Assembly (NCBI RefSeq): GCF_004010195.1
Contig: NC_057718.1
Location: 61,156,233 to 61,220,232 of the forward strand
Direction of reading: 5' to 3'
From: Chiloscyllium plagiosum
Lineage: Eukaryota
Length of the DNA: 64,000 nt
Shown here: positions 52,742 through 64,000 of the stretch, one piece after another
Layout: every line of letters begins with the position of its first letter
Numbering within the stretch: position 1 is the stretch's first letter
The notes under the pieces: model-generated
The model's database searches: none
The model's input: only the letters and a program-made list of their open reading frames with translations
What the model was told of the DNA's origin: nothing
Made by a program: the position numbers and the translations under genes

Positions 52742-53785
52742 AAGATAGAGGGTGATGGTGGAGGGTTGCTTTTCAAACTGAAGGACTGTGATCAGTGGTG
52801 TGCCAAAAGGATTGGTGCTGAGTCCACTGCTTTTTGTCATTAGTATACATAATTTGGATGTAAACATAGGAAGTATGGTTAATAGGTTTACAGATGACAC
52901 CAAAATTGGAGGTTTGGTGGACAGCGAAGAAGGTTACCTTAGATTACAATGCGATCTTGATCAGATGGGCTAATGGACCATGGAGTGGCAAGTGGTGTTT
53001 AATTTAGATAAGTGTGAGTTGCTGCATTTTGAAAAGGCAAATGAGAACAGGACTTGTACACTTAATGGTCAGGTCCTGGGGAGTATTGTAGAATAATGAG
53101 ACCTTGGAATACAGGTTCATAGCTCCTTGTAAGTGAATTCACAAGTAGATTGGATAACAAAGAAGGCGCTTGGTATGCTTTCCTTTATTGGTTAGAGCAT
53201 TGAGCATAGGAATTCAGAGGTCATGTTGCGGCTGCATCGGATATTGGTTAGGAAACTTTTGGAATATTGTGTGCAATCCTGATCTCCCTCCTATTGGAAA
53301 GATGTTGTGAAACTTGGAAGTGTTCAGAAATGATTTCCAGGATAGTGTCAAGATTGGAGGGTTTGAGCCAAAGGGAGAGACTGAATAGGTTGGGGCTATT
53401 CAGAGTGAGAGTGAGAGATTTATAAAATCATGAGGGACATAGACAGGGTAAGTGCACAAGGTCTTTTCTGTGGGATGGGGGCATCCAGAACTAGAGGACA
53501 TAGGTTTAAGATGTGAGGGGAAAATTTTAAAAAGGACCGAAGGAGCAACTTTTTGATACAGACAGTGGTGCATGTATGGGGAAGTGCCAGGGGAAGTGGT
53601 GGAGGCAGGTATAATTGCAACATTTAGAAGGCATCTGAATGGGTATATAAATAGGAATGGTTTGGAGGGATATGAGTCTAGTGTTAGCAAGTGGGACAAG
53701 ATTAATTTAGGGTATCTAGTCGGCATGAACGAGTTGGGCCAAAGAGTCTGTTTCCATGCTGTATCTCTATGACTCTATGACTCTG
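52742..53785 (+). mobile_element. CR1 inserted in CR1
   Basis: SGVPKGLVLSPLLF, RFTDDTK; (GACTCTAT)n tail; TAACTG duplicated at 52736-52741 and 53786-53791. Confidence 0.9.
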
Positions 53786-53950
53786 TAACTGTGAGGTATT
53801 GCATTTTTGTAAAACAAACAAGGGCAGGACTTAGACAATTAATTGTAAGATCCTGGGTAGTGTTGTAGAACAGATAGACCTAAGGGTTTGAAATTTGCAT
53901 TGCAGGCAGACAGGGTAATTAAGAAGGTATTTAGCACACTTGCCTTCATT

Positions 53951-54598
53951 AAAGAGATGTACAGCATGGAAACAGACCCTTCGGTCCAACCCATCCAGGC
54001 CAACCAGATATCCCAACCCAATCTAATCCCACCTGCCTGCACCCGGCCCATAACCCTCCTAACCCTTCCTATTCATATACCCATCCAAATGCCTCTTAAA
54101 TGTTGCAGTTGTACCAGCTTCCACCACTTCCTCTGGCAGCTCATTCCATACATATACTACTCTCTGTGTGAAAAAGTTGCCCTGCAGGTCTCTTTTATAT
54201 CTTTGCCATCTCACCCTAAACCTATGCCTTCTAGTTCTGGACTCCCCAACCGCAGGGTAAAGACTTTGTCTATTTACCCTATCCATGCCCCTCATAATTT
54301 TGTAAACCTCTACAAGGTCACCCCTCAGCCTCTGATGCTCCAGGGAAAACATCCCCAGCCTGTTCAGCCTCTCCCTATAGCTCAAATCCTCAAACCCTGG
54401 CAACATCCTTGTAAATCTTTTCTGAATCCTTTCAAGTTTCACAACATCTTTCCGATAGGAAGGAGACCAGAATTGCACACAATATTCCAACAGTGGCCTA
54501 ACTAATGTCCTGTACAGCTGCAACATGACCTCCCAACTCCTGTACTCAATACTCTGACCAATAAAGGAAAGCATACCAAACGCCTTCTTCACTATCCT
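53951..54598 (-). mobile_element. Relatively young CR1 3' fragment inserted in CR1
   Basis: Uninterrupted 177-aa ORF 54059-54592 (LVRPLLEYCVQFWSP...RLRGDLVEVYKIM). Confidence 0.93.
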
Positions 54599-55144
54599 AT
54601 TATTGAGATCTTTTGAGTATAGGAGTTAGGACTTCATGTTGAGGTTGTACAGGATGTTGGTGAGGCCTTTTCGAGAGTACTGTGTGCAGGTCTGGTCGCC
54701 CTGCTATAGGAATGATATTAAACTGGAGAGGGTTCAGAAATGATTTACCAGGAATGGATGGTTTGAGTTTAAAAAATAGGCTCGAAAGACCGGAATGCTG
54801 CCTGACCTGCTGTGCATCTCCAGCACCACTGACGAACACCTACTGCCTCCACCAGCTCTGAGACCCACCTCGGTAAGCTCTTTTGCTAAGTAGACTTGGG
54901 AGCACAATCTAGAGAGCACAGCACTGACACACCACTGCAATTGGTCAAGGAAGAAGCGCCCCAGGTCACTGACATGCAAATGACTACCAGAGTCCAGGCA
55001 ACTGCTCTGCTCAGACAGAGATCCTGCCTTTGTTGTCAGCCTTTAACACCCTTGTCAAATAGCACGGAGAGTCTCAGACACAGCAGCAGGTCAATCAGAG
55101 GTATTTGATAAACTGGATTAAAGGGTGGAGGTGACCATAAATGT

Positions 55145-56333
55145 GGCGAAAGTGAGGGCTGCAGATTCTGGAGATTAGAATCAAGATTAGAGTGGTGCTG
55201 GAGATGCACAGCAGGTCAGGCAGCATCTGAGGAGCAGGAAAATCGACGTTGCAGCCCTCATCAGGAATGAGGCTGGAAACNNNNNNNNNNNNNNNNNNNN
55301 NNNNNNNNNNNNNNNNNNNNNNNNNNNNTAAAGTCCACATTGATGCCCTGGGGTTGAAGGATTCTGATGCGGATGATGAGGTGTTCTTCCTCCAGGCATT
55401 GATTGGTGAGGGAGTGGCGATGGAGGAGGCCCAGGACCTGCAGGTCCTGGGCAGAGTGGGAGGGGGAATTGAAATGTTTGGCCATGAGGCGGTGGGGTTG
55501 ATTGGTGCAAGGTGTCACAGAGATGTTCCCTAAAGCGCTCTGCAAGAAGGCGGCCAATCTCCCCAATATAAAGGAGACCGCATTGGGAGCAACGGATGCA
55601 ATAAATGACATTTGTGAAAGAGCAGGTGAAACTTTGATGGATGTGGAAGGCTCCTTTGGGGCCTTGGACAGAGGTGAGGGGAGAGGTGTGAACACAGGTT
55701 TTGCAATTCCTGCAGTAGCAGGGGAAGGTGCCAGGAGGGTAAGGTTGGTTGTTGGGAGAGGCGGACCTGACCAGGTAATCATGGAGGGAACAGTCTTTGT
55801 GGCAAGTGGATAGGGGTGGGGAGGGAAATATATCCCTGGTGGTGAGGTCCGTTTGTAGGTGGTGGAAATGTCAGCAGTTGATGCAGTTCGTGCGGAAGTT
55901 GGTGGGATGGAAGGTGAGGACCAGTGGGGTTCTGTCCTCGAGAAAGAAGAAGAACACCTCATCTTCTGCCTCAGAACCCTTCAACCCCAGGGTATTAATG
56001 TGGACTTCACCAGTTTCCTCATTTCCCCTCCCCCTACCTTACACCAGTTCCAAACTTACAGCTCAGCACCGTCCTCATGACCTGTCCCATCTGACAATCT
56101 TCCTTCCCAACTATCCGTTCCACCTTCTTCTCCAACCTATCACCTTCACCCCTTCTTTCATCCACCTATTACACTCCCAGATACCTTCTCCCGAGCCCCA
56201 CACCCTCCCATTTATCTCTCCACCCCGAGGCTTCCAGCCCCATTCCTGATGAAGGGCTCCTGCGTAAAATGTCGATTTTCCTGCTCCTCAGATGTTGCCT
56301 GACCTACTGTGCATCTCCAGCACTAGTCTAATT
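55145..56333 (-). mobile_element. Penelope-like element, 5'-truncated, with inverted terminal repeat (family A-like)
   Basis: Minus strand FTCSFTNVIYCIRCSQCGLLYIGEIGRLLA (GIY-YIG); 55945-56333 is an inverted copy of the 3' end; TSD GT(G/C)ACCATAAATGT at 55131-55144 and 56334-56347. Confidence 0.92.
55281..55328. other. Assembly gap (48 N)
   Basis: Run of n characters inside one arm of the PLE inverted repeat. Confidence 0.99.
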
Positions 56334-56987
56334 GTCACCATAAATGTTATCAGTACAGTGCTGGCTCTGGCTGCATATGTCCAGCTGTCTCCATGAACAG
56401 GTTAGTTAGCCAGACATGGTCAGTCTCAATATCAAGGCGATAGAGACTAAGGGACTTTGACTTCAATCCCAATATTCCTTCCTCTCATGGAGGCAGGGTG
56501 GTGTCAGCAGAAACCCATTGGAAGGAGGACTGACATACAGGGCTCCCAGAAGCTTTGCCCCAGGACATTCCAGAGGTGCATGGCACCTCCACCATCTGCC
56601 TGCCTGTGCTGAGAAATGCAGTAGCAGTTAAAGTTGAGGTGGGTGATCCTATATCCAGGCAGGAGACTCTGAGCCAACCCTATTATCTACAATTACCCCC
56701 ATCACAGAGAAAACATGGACCTTCCAATGCCCAAGGCACCTAAGCTTGATCACTCAAGTCTTTGCAGCGACTGGGGTCCCTCTACACCAGCTGAAGATTT
56801 CCGAACTGTGCAGTGGGAGGCAAAGGATGAAGAAAAAGTACTGAGGGCACTTAGGTGGCATGGGGAAAATGGCATTGTAAATGAGGTATATGTTTAACTT
56901 ACACTGTTAAAAATGTTTTAATTTTGTTGTCAGACCGGGTTAAGTAACACACATGTGAGAGATGAACAACTCCTTCAGACATCCCAA

Positions 56988-57252
56988 GGTAAAGATTTAA
57001 AAGGAATCTAAGGGGTAACTTGTTCATGCAGATGCTGATGTGTGTATGCAACGAATTGACAGAGGAAGTGGTGGAGGTAGGAACATTACAACATTTAAAA
57101 GGCATTGAGGTGGCTACGTGAAGAGGAAGGAATTAGATGGATAAGAGCCAAAGGCTGGCAATTGGGACTAGATCAATTTAGGATATCTGTTTGGCATGGC
57201 GAGTTGGATCAAAGGGTCTGTTTCTTAGCTGTACAACTCTCTGACTCTATGA
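56988..57252 (+). mobile_element. CR1 3' end
   Basis: GAGGAAGTGGTGGAGG...GGGTCTGTTTC...GACTCTATGA. Confidence 0.85.
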
Positions 57253-58069
57253 AGGACATTTTGCTGATCAAGCATTGCACATTCCCTCCCAAGCAACTGA
57301 CTCCTTGACTGCATATAGTCTCAGGCATTAAGGAACCTTGAACTGTAATGTTTATGACTGTGACCGAGGTGGTGCACTTTAATGTGAACAACACTGAGGT
57401 GAGAAACAATGTGCCTGATCTGCACGCAACATTCCACATTCACACCCACCTTGAGATTCAGAGTGCAGAATCAGTGATAATTCCACATAATTCTGCAAGG
57501 AAAAGGTCATTCTACCTATCACCTCTTCAAGGGAACACAGCACAGTACAGGGCTGGGCAAAGCATAATGGGCCTTTCAAATACCCATTCTTCCTCAAAGC
57601 TCACTAGTTTCCAAGTAAAACTGCACAAAGTGCTGTCTCTCTCTCAATTACCATCATGCAAGATGTTCAAGCATTTCAGGGACAATTTAGTCTAAAGCCG
57701 TGCTGAAACACCGAAGGGTTATTTATGATGGAATAAGGAGGTTATACAGGATGCCAGTCACTGTTGTGGCTATCATGAGAGATTTTGCTGCAACCCACTC
57801 AGATGTCATCACAATGCAGACAGGTCTTAAGAACTATGTAGCATTAGCGACTGTAATGTTAATGTACTGTCTCACTGACTACTGCTTTTTCCCAAATGAT
57901 CAGTGGACACGTGCATCAAAGAGAACTAATTCGAAGATATTGAGCACATACTCACATGGATAGTGAGATATGTATTCAGTAATACATAAGCTTTGGGACT
58001 GCAGAAAATAACAATGTTCCCATGTCCTTTGCAATAAGCAGAAGCTGTTTTCCATATTGCCAACAGAAT

Positions 58070-58755
58070 GTTAGAATTAGGGGTGCAGGTGTATAGTTCC
58101 TTGAAAATGGCATCACAAGATGAAGAAGTCATTCAACACGCTTGCCTTCATTGGTCAGAAGAGTGACTGTAGGAGGAGATGTTATGTTGCAGCTGAACAG
58201 GACATTGATGAGGCCATTTTTGGCATACTGTGTACAATTTTGGTTACCCTTCTCTAGGTTGTTTAACCTGAAAGGGTGCAGAAAAGATTTACAGGGATGT
58301 TGCAGGGACTGGAAGATTTGAGTTATAGGGAGAGGTTGAATAGGCTGGGGCTTTTTTTCCTGGAGTGTCCGAGGCTGAGGGGTGACTATTCAGAGGTTTA
58401 TATAATCATGAGGGGCATGGATAGGGTAAATAGTCAAGGCCTTTTTCCTTGTGTGGAGGAATCCAAAACAAGAGGGCATAGGCTTAAGGTGAGAAGAGAA
58501 AGATTTATAAGGGACCTGAGGGTCAACATTTTCATGCAGAGGGTGATCTTGACGGGAATGAACTGGCAGAGTGTAGATGGGTCCAATGACAACATTTAAA
58601 AGGCATCTGAATAGGAAGGGTTGAGAGGGATATGGGCCAAATAATGACAAATGGGATGTCTAGTCGGATTCAGATTGGGATGTCTAGTCGGTGCAGACAA
58701 GTTGAACGAAAGGGTCTGTTTCCGTGCTGAATGACTCTATAACTATATGACTCTA
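58070..58755 (+). mobile_element. CR1 3' fragment
   Basis: ORF 58276-58599 (QKRFTGML..RLRGD); GACTCTAT-type tail. Confidence 0.9.
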
Positions 58756-58769
58756 AAGTCCAAACATAG

Positions 58770-59090
58770 CTCATTAATTTTGAAAGCAGGTTTCAATTAG
58801 ATTCTTTCTGGCCTCCTGGGCTCAACAATACATTATTCTCTCATGACCTGTTAGATGGTTGCCTTCATCAATATCTTGAACCATTGCCTCATTTTCATCC
58901 TCAGAAATTTGTTGTCATTACCCCCATCTTCTTTGGATCCAGGACATTCTCCTCTTTCTTGGCTCCAGTTGGGAAGGGCACAGTGTTCCTTCGTAATGTA
59001 CTACAGGCATTGAAACCTCATGTGAAGGAAGCCAATGATCTGCTCCACCTGTACCTGAGCTTGAAAAGCAGAAAAGATTGTCAAAAATGC
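58770..59090 (-). mobile_element. Harbinger transposase C-terminal remnant
   Basis: VEQIIGFLHMRFQCL (cf. IExxxGxLKxRFRCL), an acidic stretch, then EARKNLIETCF. Confidence 0.65.
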
Positions 59091-59507
59091 CAGCAATGTC
59101 ATTAATCAGTGAGCCAGCACCAACAGCATTACTAACAAGAGATGTAACATCACAGGACCAACACCAGTGACACATTATTAGTGACATCTAGCATGACACC
59201 TACAACATGAGGAGCAAGAGGCACAACACTGCCCACTCAACTTACCAATTCACCTCTCAGAGCAATGAATGCCAAATCCACAATGCATAAGATGGAGATA
59301 CAACATCCAACTAACAATGCAAAATGTGAATAATGTTTCTCTGAGATGAGAAAACAAAATAGAATCCAATCGACTTGTAAAGGCCAACCGTTAATTTTGA
59401 GGAAGGTCGTATGGCGCAGTGTGTAGTAATGCTGCCTTTAAACTGGGAAGCTCAGTTTTCTGACCCATGCCACTCCTGATGGCCACACAAGGTGCATTCA
59501 AAATGAG

Positions 59508-59666
59508 GAGAAAGTGAGGTCTGCAGATGCTGGAGATCAAAGTTGAAACTTTATTGCTGGAACAGCACAGCAGGTCAGATGAAGAAGGGCCTGTGCCCGA
59601 AACGTCGAATCTCCTGTTCCCTGGATGCTGCCTGACCTGCTGTGCTGTTCCAGCAATAAAGTTTCA
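59508..59666. mobile_element. Fold-back mini PLE derivative (family A)
   Basis: 14-bp duplication GCATTCAAAATGAG at 59494-59507 and 59667-59680; TGAAGAAGGGCCTGTGCCCGAAACGTC begins the right arm. Confidence 0.9.
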
Positions 59667-60176
59667 GCATTCAAAATGAGACCAAACAGATTGCTAATCA
59701 ACATGTAAAAATTTCCACTATACCTATAGCAAGTATAAGATTCTCCTGGGTGGCCATACTGGATGCAGAGTGGTGCTTCACAAGCTACAGCCTCTGGTGA
59801 CAGGCTAGTGACCAATTCCAGGAAAATCTAGCTGTTGAAATGGAAATAAATATGCGTGCAGTTTGCCTCATGGATCATTACACGTGAGAAGCTTCTAATC
59901 TCAGGTTGTTAATCTTCTTTAATTCAGAAAAAAAAGTTGATTAATTGGAATAATTATATTGATAAAGAAGATAACATTTTCTTAAAGAAAGAACTCTTCC
60001 TTAAGAGCTCAGAAGTAATTGTTGTGTGTGTATATTCTGCAGTGCCACACTTTATGACTGCACTATTGATATACCAGCCACATGGAGACATACAAAGCAT
60101 ACCTCTTATAAATATGCAGAATTTTTACTCTAAAGTGTGATTATTTCTAAATTATGAGAACCAGGAGACTTAATAG

Positions 60177-60513
60177 TGGGCGGCATGGTGGTAGTGGGCG
60201 GCATGGTGGCACAGTGGTTAGCACTGCTGCCTCACAGCGCCAGAGACCCGGGTTCAATTCCCGCCTCAGGCGACTGACTGTGTGGAGTTTGCACGTTCTC
60301 CCCGTGTCTGCGTGGGTTTCCTCCGGGTGCTCCGGTTTCCTCCCACAGTCCAAAGATGTGCAGGTCAGGTGAATTGGCCATGCTAAATTGCCCGTAGAGT
60401 TAGGTAAGGGGTAAATGTAGGGGTATGGGTGGGTTGCACTTCGGCGGGTCGGTGTGGACTTGTTGGGCCGAAGGGCCTGTTTCCACACTGTAATGTAATC
60501 TAATCTAATCTAA
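60177..60513 (+). mobile_element. HE1-type SINE (V-SINE superfamily), full length, young
   Basis: A box TGGCACAGTGG, B box GGTTCAATTCC, central domain GTGTGGAGTTTGCACGTTCTCCCCGTG, CR1-like 3' end, (TCTAA)n tail, CpGs retained. Confidence 0.93.
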
Positions 60514-60559
60514 TAGATATTAATAATATTCACAATGCATAATTCTTTGAAGTTTGCAT

Positions 60560-61532
60560 CACATATAGGTCAGGTGGTTAAGAAGAAATTTAGCACACTT
60601 GCCTTCATTGCTCAGACCTTTGAGTATAGAAGTTGGAACATTACGTTGAGGTTGTAGAGGGCATTGGTGAGACCTCGTCTGGAATACTGTGTCCAGTTTC
60701 TGGTCTCCCTGTTACAGGAAGGATATTATTAAGCCGGAGAGGGTTCAGAAGAGATTTACCAAGATTTTGCTGGGAAGGGTTTGAATTATAAGGAGAGGCT
60801 GGATAGGTTGGGACTTTTCTCACTGGATCTTAGGAGGTTGAGAGGTCACCTTATCGTCATTTATAAAACCAGGAGGAGTATGCATACAATGAATGGCAGG
60901 TGTCTTTTCCCTAGCGTGGAGGATTTCAAGATTAGAAGGCATACTCTTTAAGGTGAGAGAAGAAAGATTTTTTAAAGAGGCATGCGGAGCAATTTTTTTA
61001 GTGATTAGATTCCCTACAGTGTGGAAACAGGCCCTTCAGCCCAACAAGTCCACACCGACACTTCAAAGAGTAACCCACTCAGACCCATTTCCCTCTGACT
61101 AACACACCTAACATTATGGGCAATTTAGAATGGCCAATTCACCTGACCAGCACATCTTTGTGACTATGGGAGGAAACCAGAGCACCCAGAGGAAACCCAT
61201 GCAGACACAGGGAGAATGTGCAAATTCCACACAGACAGTCACCCAAGGCTGGAATCAAACCTGGAGCCCTGGCGCTGTGAGGCAGCAGTGCTAACCACTG
61301 AGCCACGGTAGACAGAGAGTGGCTTGTGTTAGGGATGGCTTTCCAGAGGATGTGATGGATGCGGGTACAGTTACAACATTTAAAAAAACATGTAGATAAG
61401 TACATGAAAATAAATGTTTGGAGGGATATGGGCCAAGTGCAGGTAGGTGGGACGAGTTCAGTTTGGGAACATGGATGTCATAATCTGTTTGGACGGAAGG
61501 GTCTGTTCCATACTGTTATGACTCTATGACTC
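60560..61532 (+). mobile_element. CR1 3' fragment interrupted by a SINE
   Basis: LVRPRLEYCVQF, ERVQKRFTK; tail ATGACTCTATGACTC. Confidence 0.88.
61002..61308 (-). mobile_element. HE1-type SINE nested in CR1
   Basis: Full SINE body; TAG at 60999-61001 and 61309-61311; flanks rejoin to CR1 sequence TTTTTTAGACAGAGAGTGG. Confidence 0.9.
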
Positions 61533-63434
61533 ACTGACAAATATGGAATATGCAGGCTTCAGTGTGCCAACTACCAAGTGAAATCTAACACTGGTGCTAT
61601 AATCACTTCATCTTGCATCCATATTAGTCTTTTTTTATTCATTGAAAAAATTTATATTAGGTTTTAATAACATTACAACCAAGTCCAGAAAGGAACATAA
61701 ATTGCTGTCTTCTCATTCCTGGCCTAACAGATTTTTTAATTTTTTAAAAGATTTAGTTTTCCCATTTCCATTCAAGAAAATGCATTAAAGCTACGATGAT
61801 ATGTTAGGTCAACTCCTTGCATTAATCAGAATAAAAGAGTTGGTATATTGAAACCGATTTAAGCAAAGTGTAAAGCTTAATTAAAAGGCAAAACTCATTC
61901 CTAATTCCATGATATAGACTCACTCTGACATGCAAGAAAACAGAATGATGCACTGGGTGAGGGGATGTGGAATTGGAATAAAAACATTTACAGTATTTCA
62001 ATAAAGGAATTCTATATTCAACTGATGGTTCTTCTGGAAACAGTTGTACAGCAGATTTCCATGTTTTTAGTCAGTGATCAGGACTGGTCACTTTTTGCAC
62101 AACTGGTCATCATTTCCAATGGGACAAAGTGTCCTTCTTGATGTCGCTGAGAATCTCTGGATGTTATTCCATGTTTTTGGGTACCTTATTCGGTGGCCAA
62201 AAAAAGAAACTTACATTATGGCTTTTTTAGCAGGAGGAGGTTTTAACATGTGAAAACTTAGCTGGGAGCAAACCTGAGACAATCCTTTCTCGCATGAGCT
62301 TTTGATGGCCCTCTGTCAGTGTCCTCTGATTTTTTTTTGTGTGGATCGGGGATTTTCAATACTCCCCTTTACATGGCAAGTTTCAAATTTAAGTCTTCAT
62401 TCCTGCAATGCCTATAGTCAAGAAGTCTTGCCCCTAGAGACATTTAAAGGTCTCATTGCAAACTATACATTCCAGATGATGCATTGTAACATCTAAGTAA
62501 TTACCCCTTGGATAGCCTTTTTCCTGGTGTCATCGCCATTGGATTTTGCTTTGTATTTTCTTATGAGTTTGGCTACTTTCAGGTCAAGCAACTTTGATTT
62601 TAAAGTATCCTAACTCGTTTTTAACTATTTTTTCTGCCAACCCCATGAGATTTTAAAGATTAATAGGCTGTAATTTATCATCCTGACAATAATATCAAAA
62701 GTTCCTGCTTTCCCACAACAAAATGGACAATATAAGTAGAAGGAGCAAATGGAACACTGCAGTTTCTACATAGCTGACATTTAATGTCAAGGTGCGTGGT
62801 AGTTCATGTAAATGAAGGATACAAAAATGCTTATTAATGCATCATTTGAAACATACTTTTCATGCATTTAAGGAATTTTTGTTGAATGCATCATACATGA
62901 CTCACTGACATCAGGTACTTAACTGTCATTTCAATGGATTTTAATGCATTTGTGAAGAAAGATGATATTTTCAAGCAACAGAGTTAACTGAAATATCAGT
63001 ATCCAATATATTGGATCATTTCTATTAGCATCCACTTAATTCTACTTAGAGAAATACCTGAAAAGTGTAGAATGCCCTTCGGTGAGATTCAAGTAGACAA
63101 TAAAAGATTAAACAATCTCCCAGTCCCTGTTTCCTCTATGCAGTGCTTGAGATTGCCAAGTGATGATTTGTTGTTAATAGTTCCCAGAGCTAAATGCCAT
63201 ACCAGAAACCCAGGTGTCAGTTCCACTTTGTCATGGTGCACCAAGCTATAGGGGCATCTGGGAGAGTCTGCCTGAGCTCCACAGTCATTCAACATTGCGC
63301 CATTGTTGCCAGAACATTGATGAATAAACTTCTTATGTGGACTTCAAACCAGTAAAAGAAATGCATTTTTAAGCAACAATTATTGATGTTCCCAGCCATC
63401 AGAGCTGCATGAAGAGAATACCCTCACCGGCAAC

Positions 63435-63490
63435 CATGGACGGGCAATAAATGCTGGCCAGCCAGCAATACCCATGTCCCATGAATCAAA
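63435..63490 (+). mobile_element. Isolated 3' terminus of the second LINE/SINE family
   Basis: GGGCAATAAATGCTGGCCAGCCAGCAATACCCATGTCCCATGAAT. Confidence 0.7.
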
Positions 63491-64000
63491 TTTTTTTTTT
63501 AAATGTGCAAGATACCAAAACAAGTCAAAAGTTTAATTCACAGCATACAGTTCAAAAACTACCAAATTTTTGAAGTTGCCAGACATGTGTAAAAGTTAAA
63601 TTTTTTTGACTATTTTTAAAGATTCAATTTATAGGGTCAACTATTACACGGGCACTCGTTTTGAGGGGCTGAAATTCATGCTGCAATTCAAAATACCATA
63701 TTATTAGCAGAAGTCAATTTGATCGTGAACCTAATCCCAGCTAAAAAAGAAAAACACAATGAATTACGGTAAAGGTAATTACCGAATAAGAGCAAGAGAA
63801 ACAAGAATGAATTACTGGTAGTAAATTTTATTTATACGTATCAGTATGAAAATTTAACATGTCAAAGATTCATTAAATTCCTACAAAATCACACTGTTCA
63901 ACATCGTCATGGCCTGGTATAATGGTACACTTAAAATGAAACATTTATTCAAATCTGCATGTATCGGCATCTTGAACTTTCCTGCCAAATTCTTCCATTT

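Larger units (their letters stand above)
52680..54790 (+). mobile_element. Host CR1 fragment in three pieces (52680-52741, 53786-53950, 54599-54790)
   Basis: The pieces join into colinear CR1 RT C-terminal sequence (QWAEEWQMEFNLDN|CEVLHF ... LAFI| ... EYRS). Confidence 0.8.

Noticed and set aside
53888..54505. 205-aa plus-strand ORF as a host gene
   Set aside because: It is mostly the antisense frame of the CR1 at 53951-54598.
55261..55962. 233-aa ORF as a novel protein
   Set aside because: Largely an off-frame reading of the frameshifted PLE ORF, and it runs through the N gap.
58652..58691. 16-bp direct repeat TGGGATGTCTAGTCGG
   Set aside because: Local duplication within a CR1 3' UTR; no further structure.
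59403..59830. Possible old tRNA-SINE hosting the 59508 insertion
   Set aside because: A-box-like head only; B box and tail too degenerate to call.
60177..60270. tRNA gene
   Set aside because: The A and B boxes are the head of an HE1 SINE.
63560..63820. Possible DNA-transposon end and repeated AATGAATTAC
   Set aside because: No matching opposite TIR found; a short repeat in AT-rich DNA may be chance.

Overview
Vertebrate non-genic DNA (intergenic or a large intron), most likely from an elasmobranch because it carries HE1-type SINEs and their CR1-clade partner LINEs. I cannot support any host exon, RNA gene or CRISPR array; every ORF in the track that I can assign is a decayed transposon fragment, and the rest look like chance ORFs. 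Much of the window is layered mobile DNA: CR1 LINEs (two near full-length), a second CR1/L2-group LINE with a matching tRNA-SINE, HE1 SINEs, an RTE LINE split into inverted halves, two Gypsy pol remnants, Harbinger transposase and Myb/SANT remnants, and a TA-flanked MITE. The most interesting signal is a set of Penelope-like element (PLE) derivatives: two GIY-YIG-coding copies and about ten short copies, most of them fold-back (160-510 bp). Six of the short copies have exact 11-18 bp target-site duplications (TSDs). They carry a hammerhead-ribozyme-like motif (CTGANGA-A-stem-GAAACGTC), and their inversion or truncation points cluster at that motif. Hammerheads in PLE terminal repeats are established knowledge; whether these hairpin mini-elements are an undescribed self-propagating family cannot be decided from this window. 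Family assignments come from reading motifs by eye, with no database search, and boundaries without a TSD are approximate.
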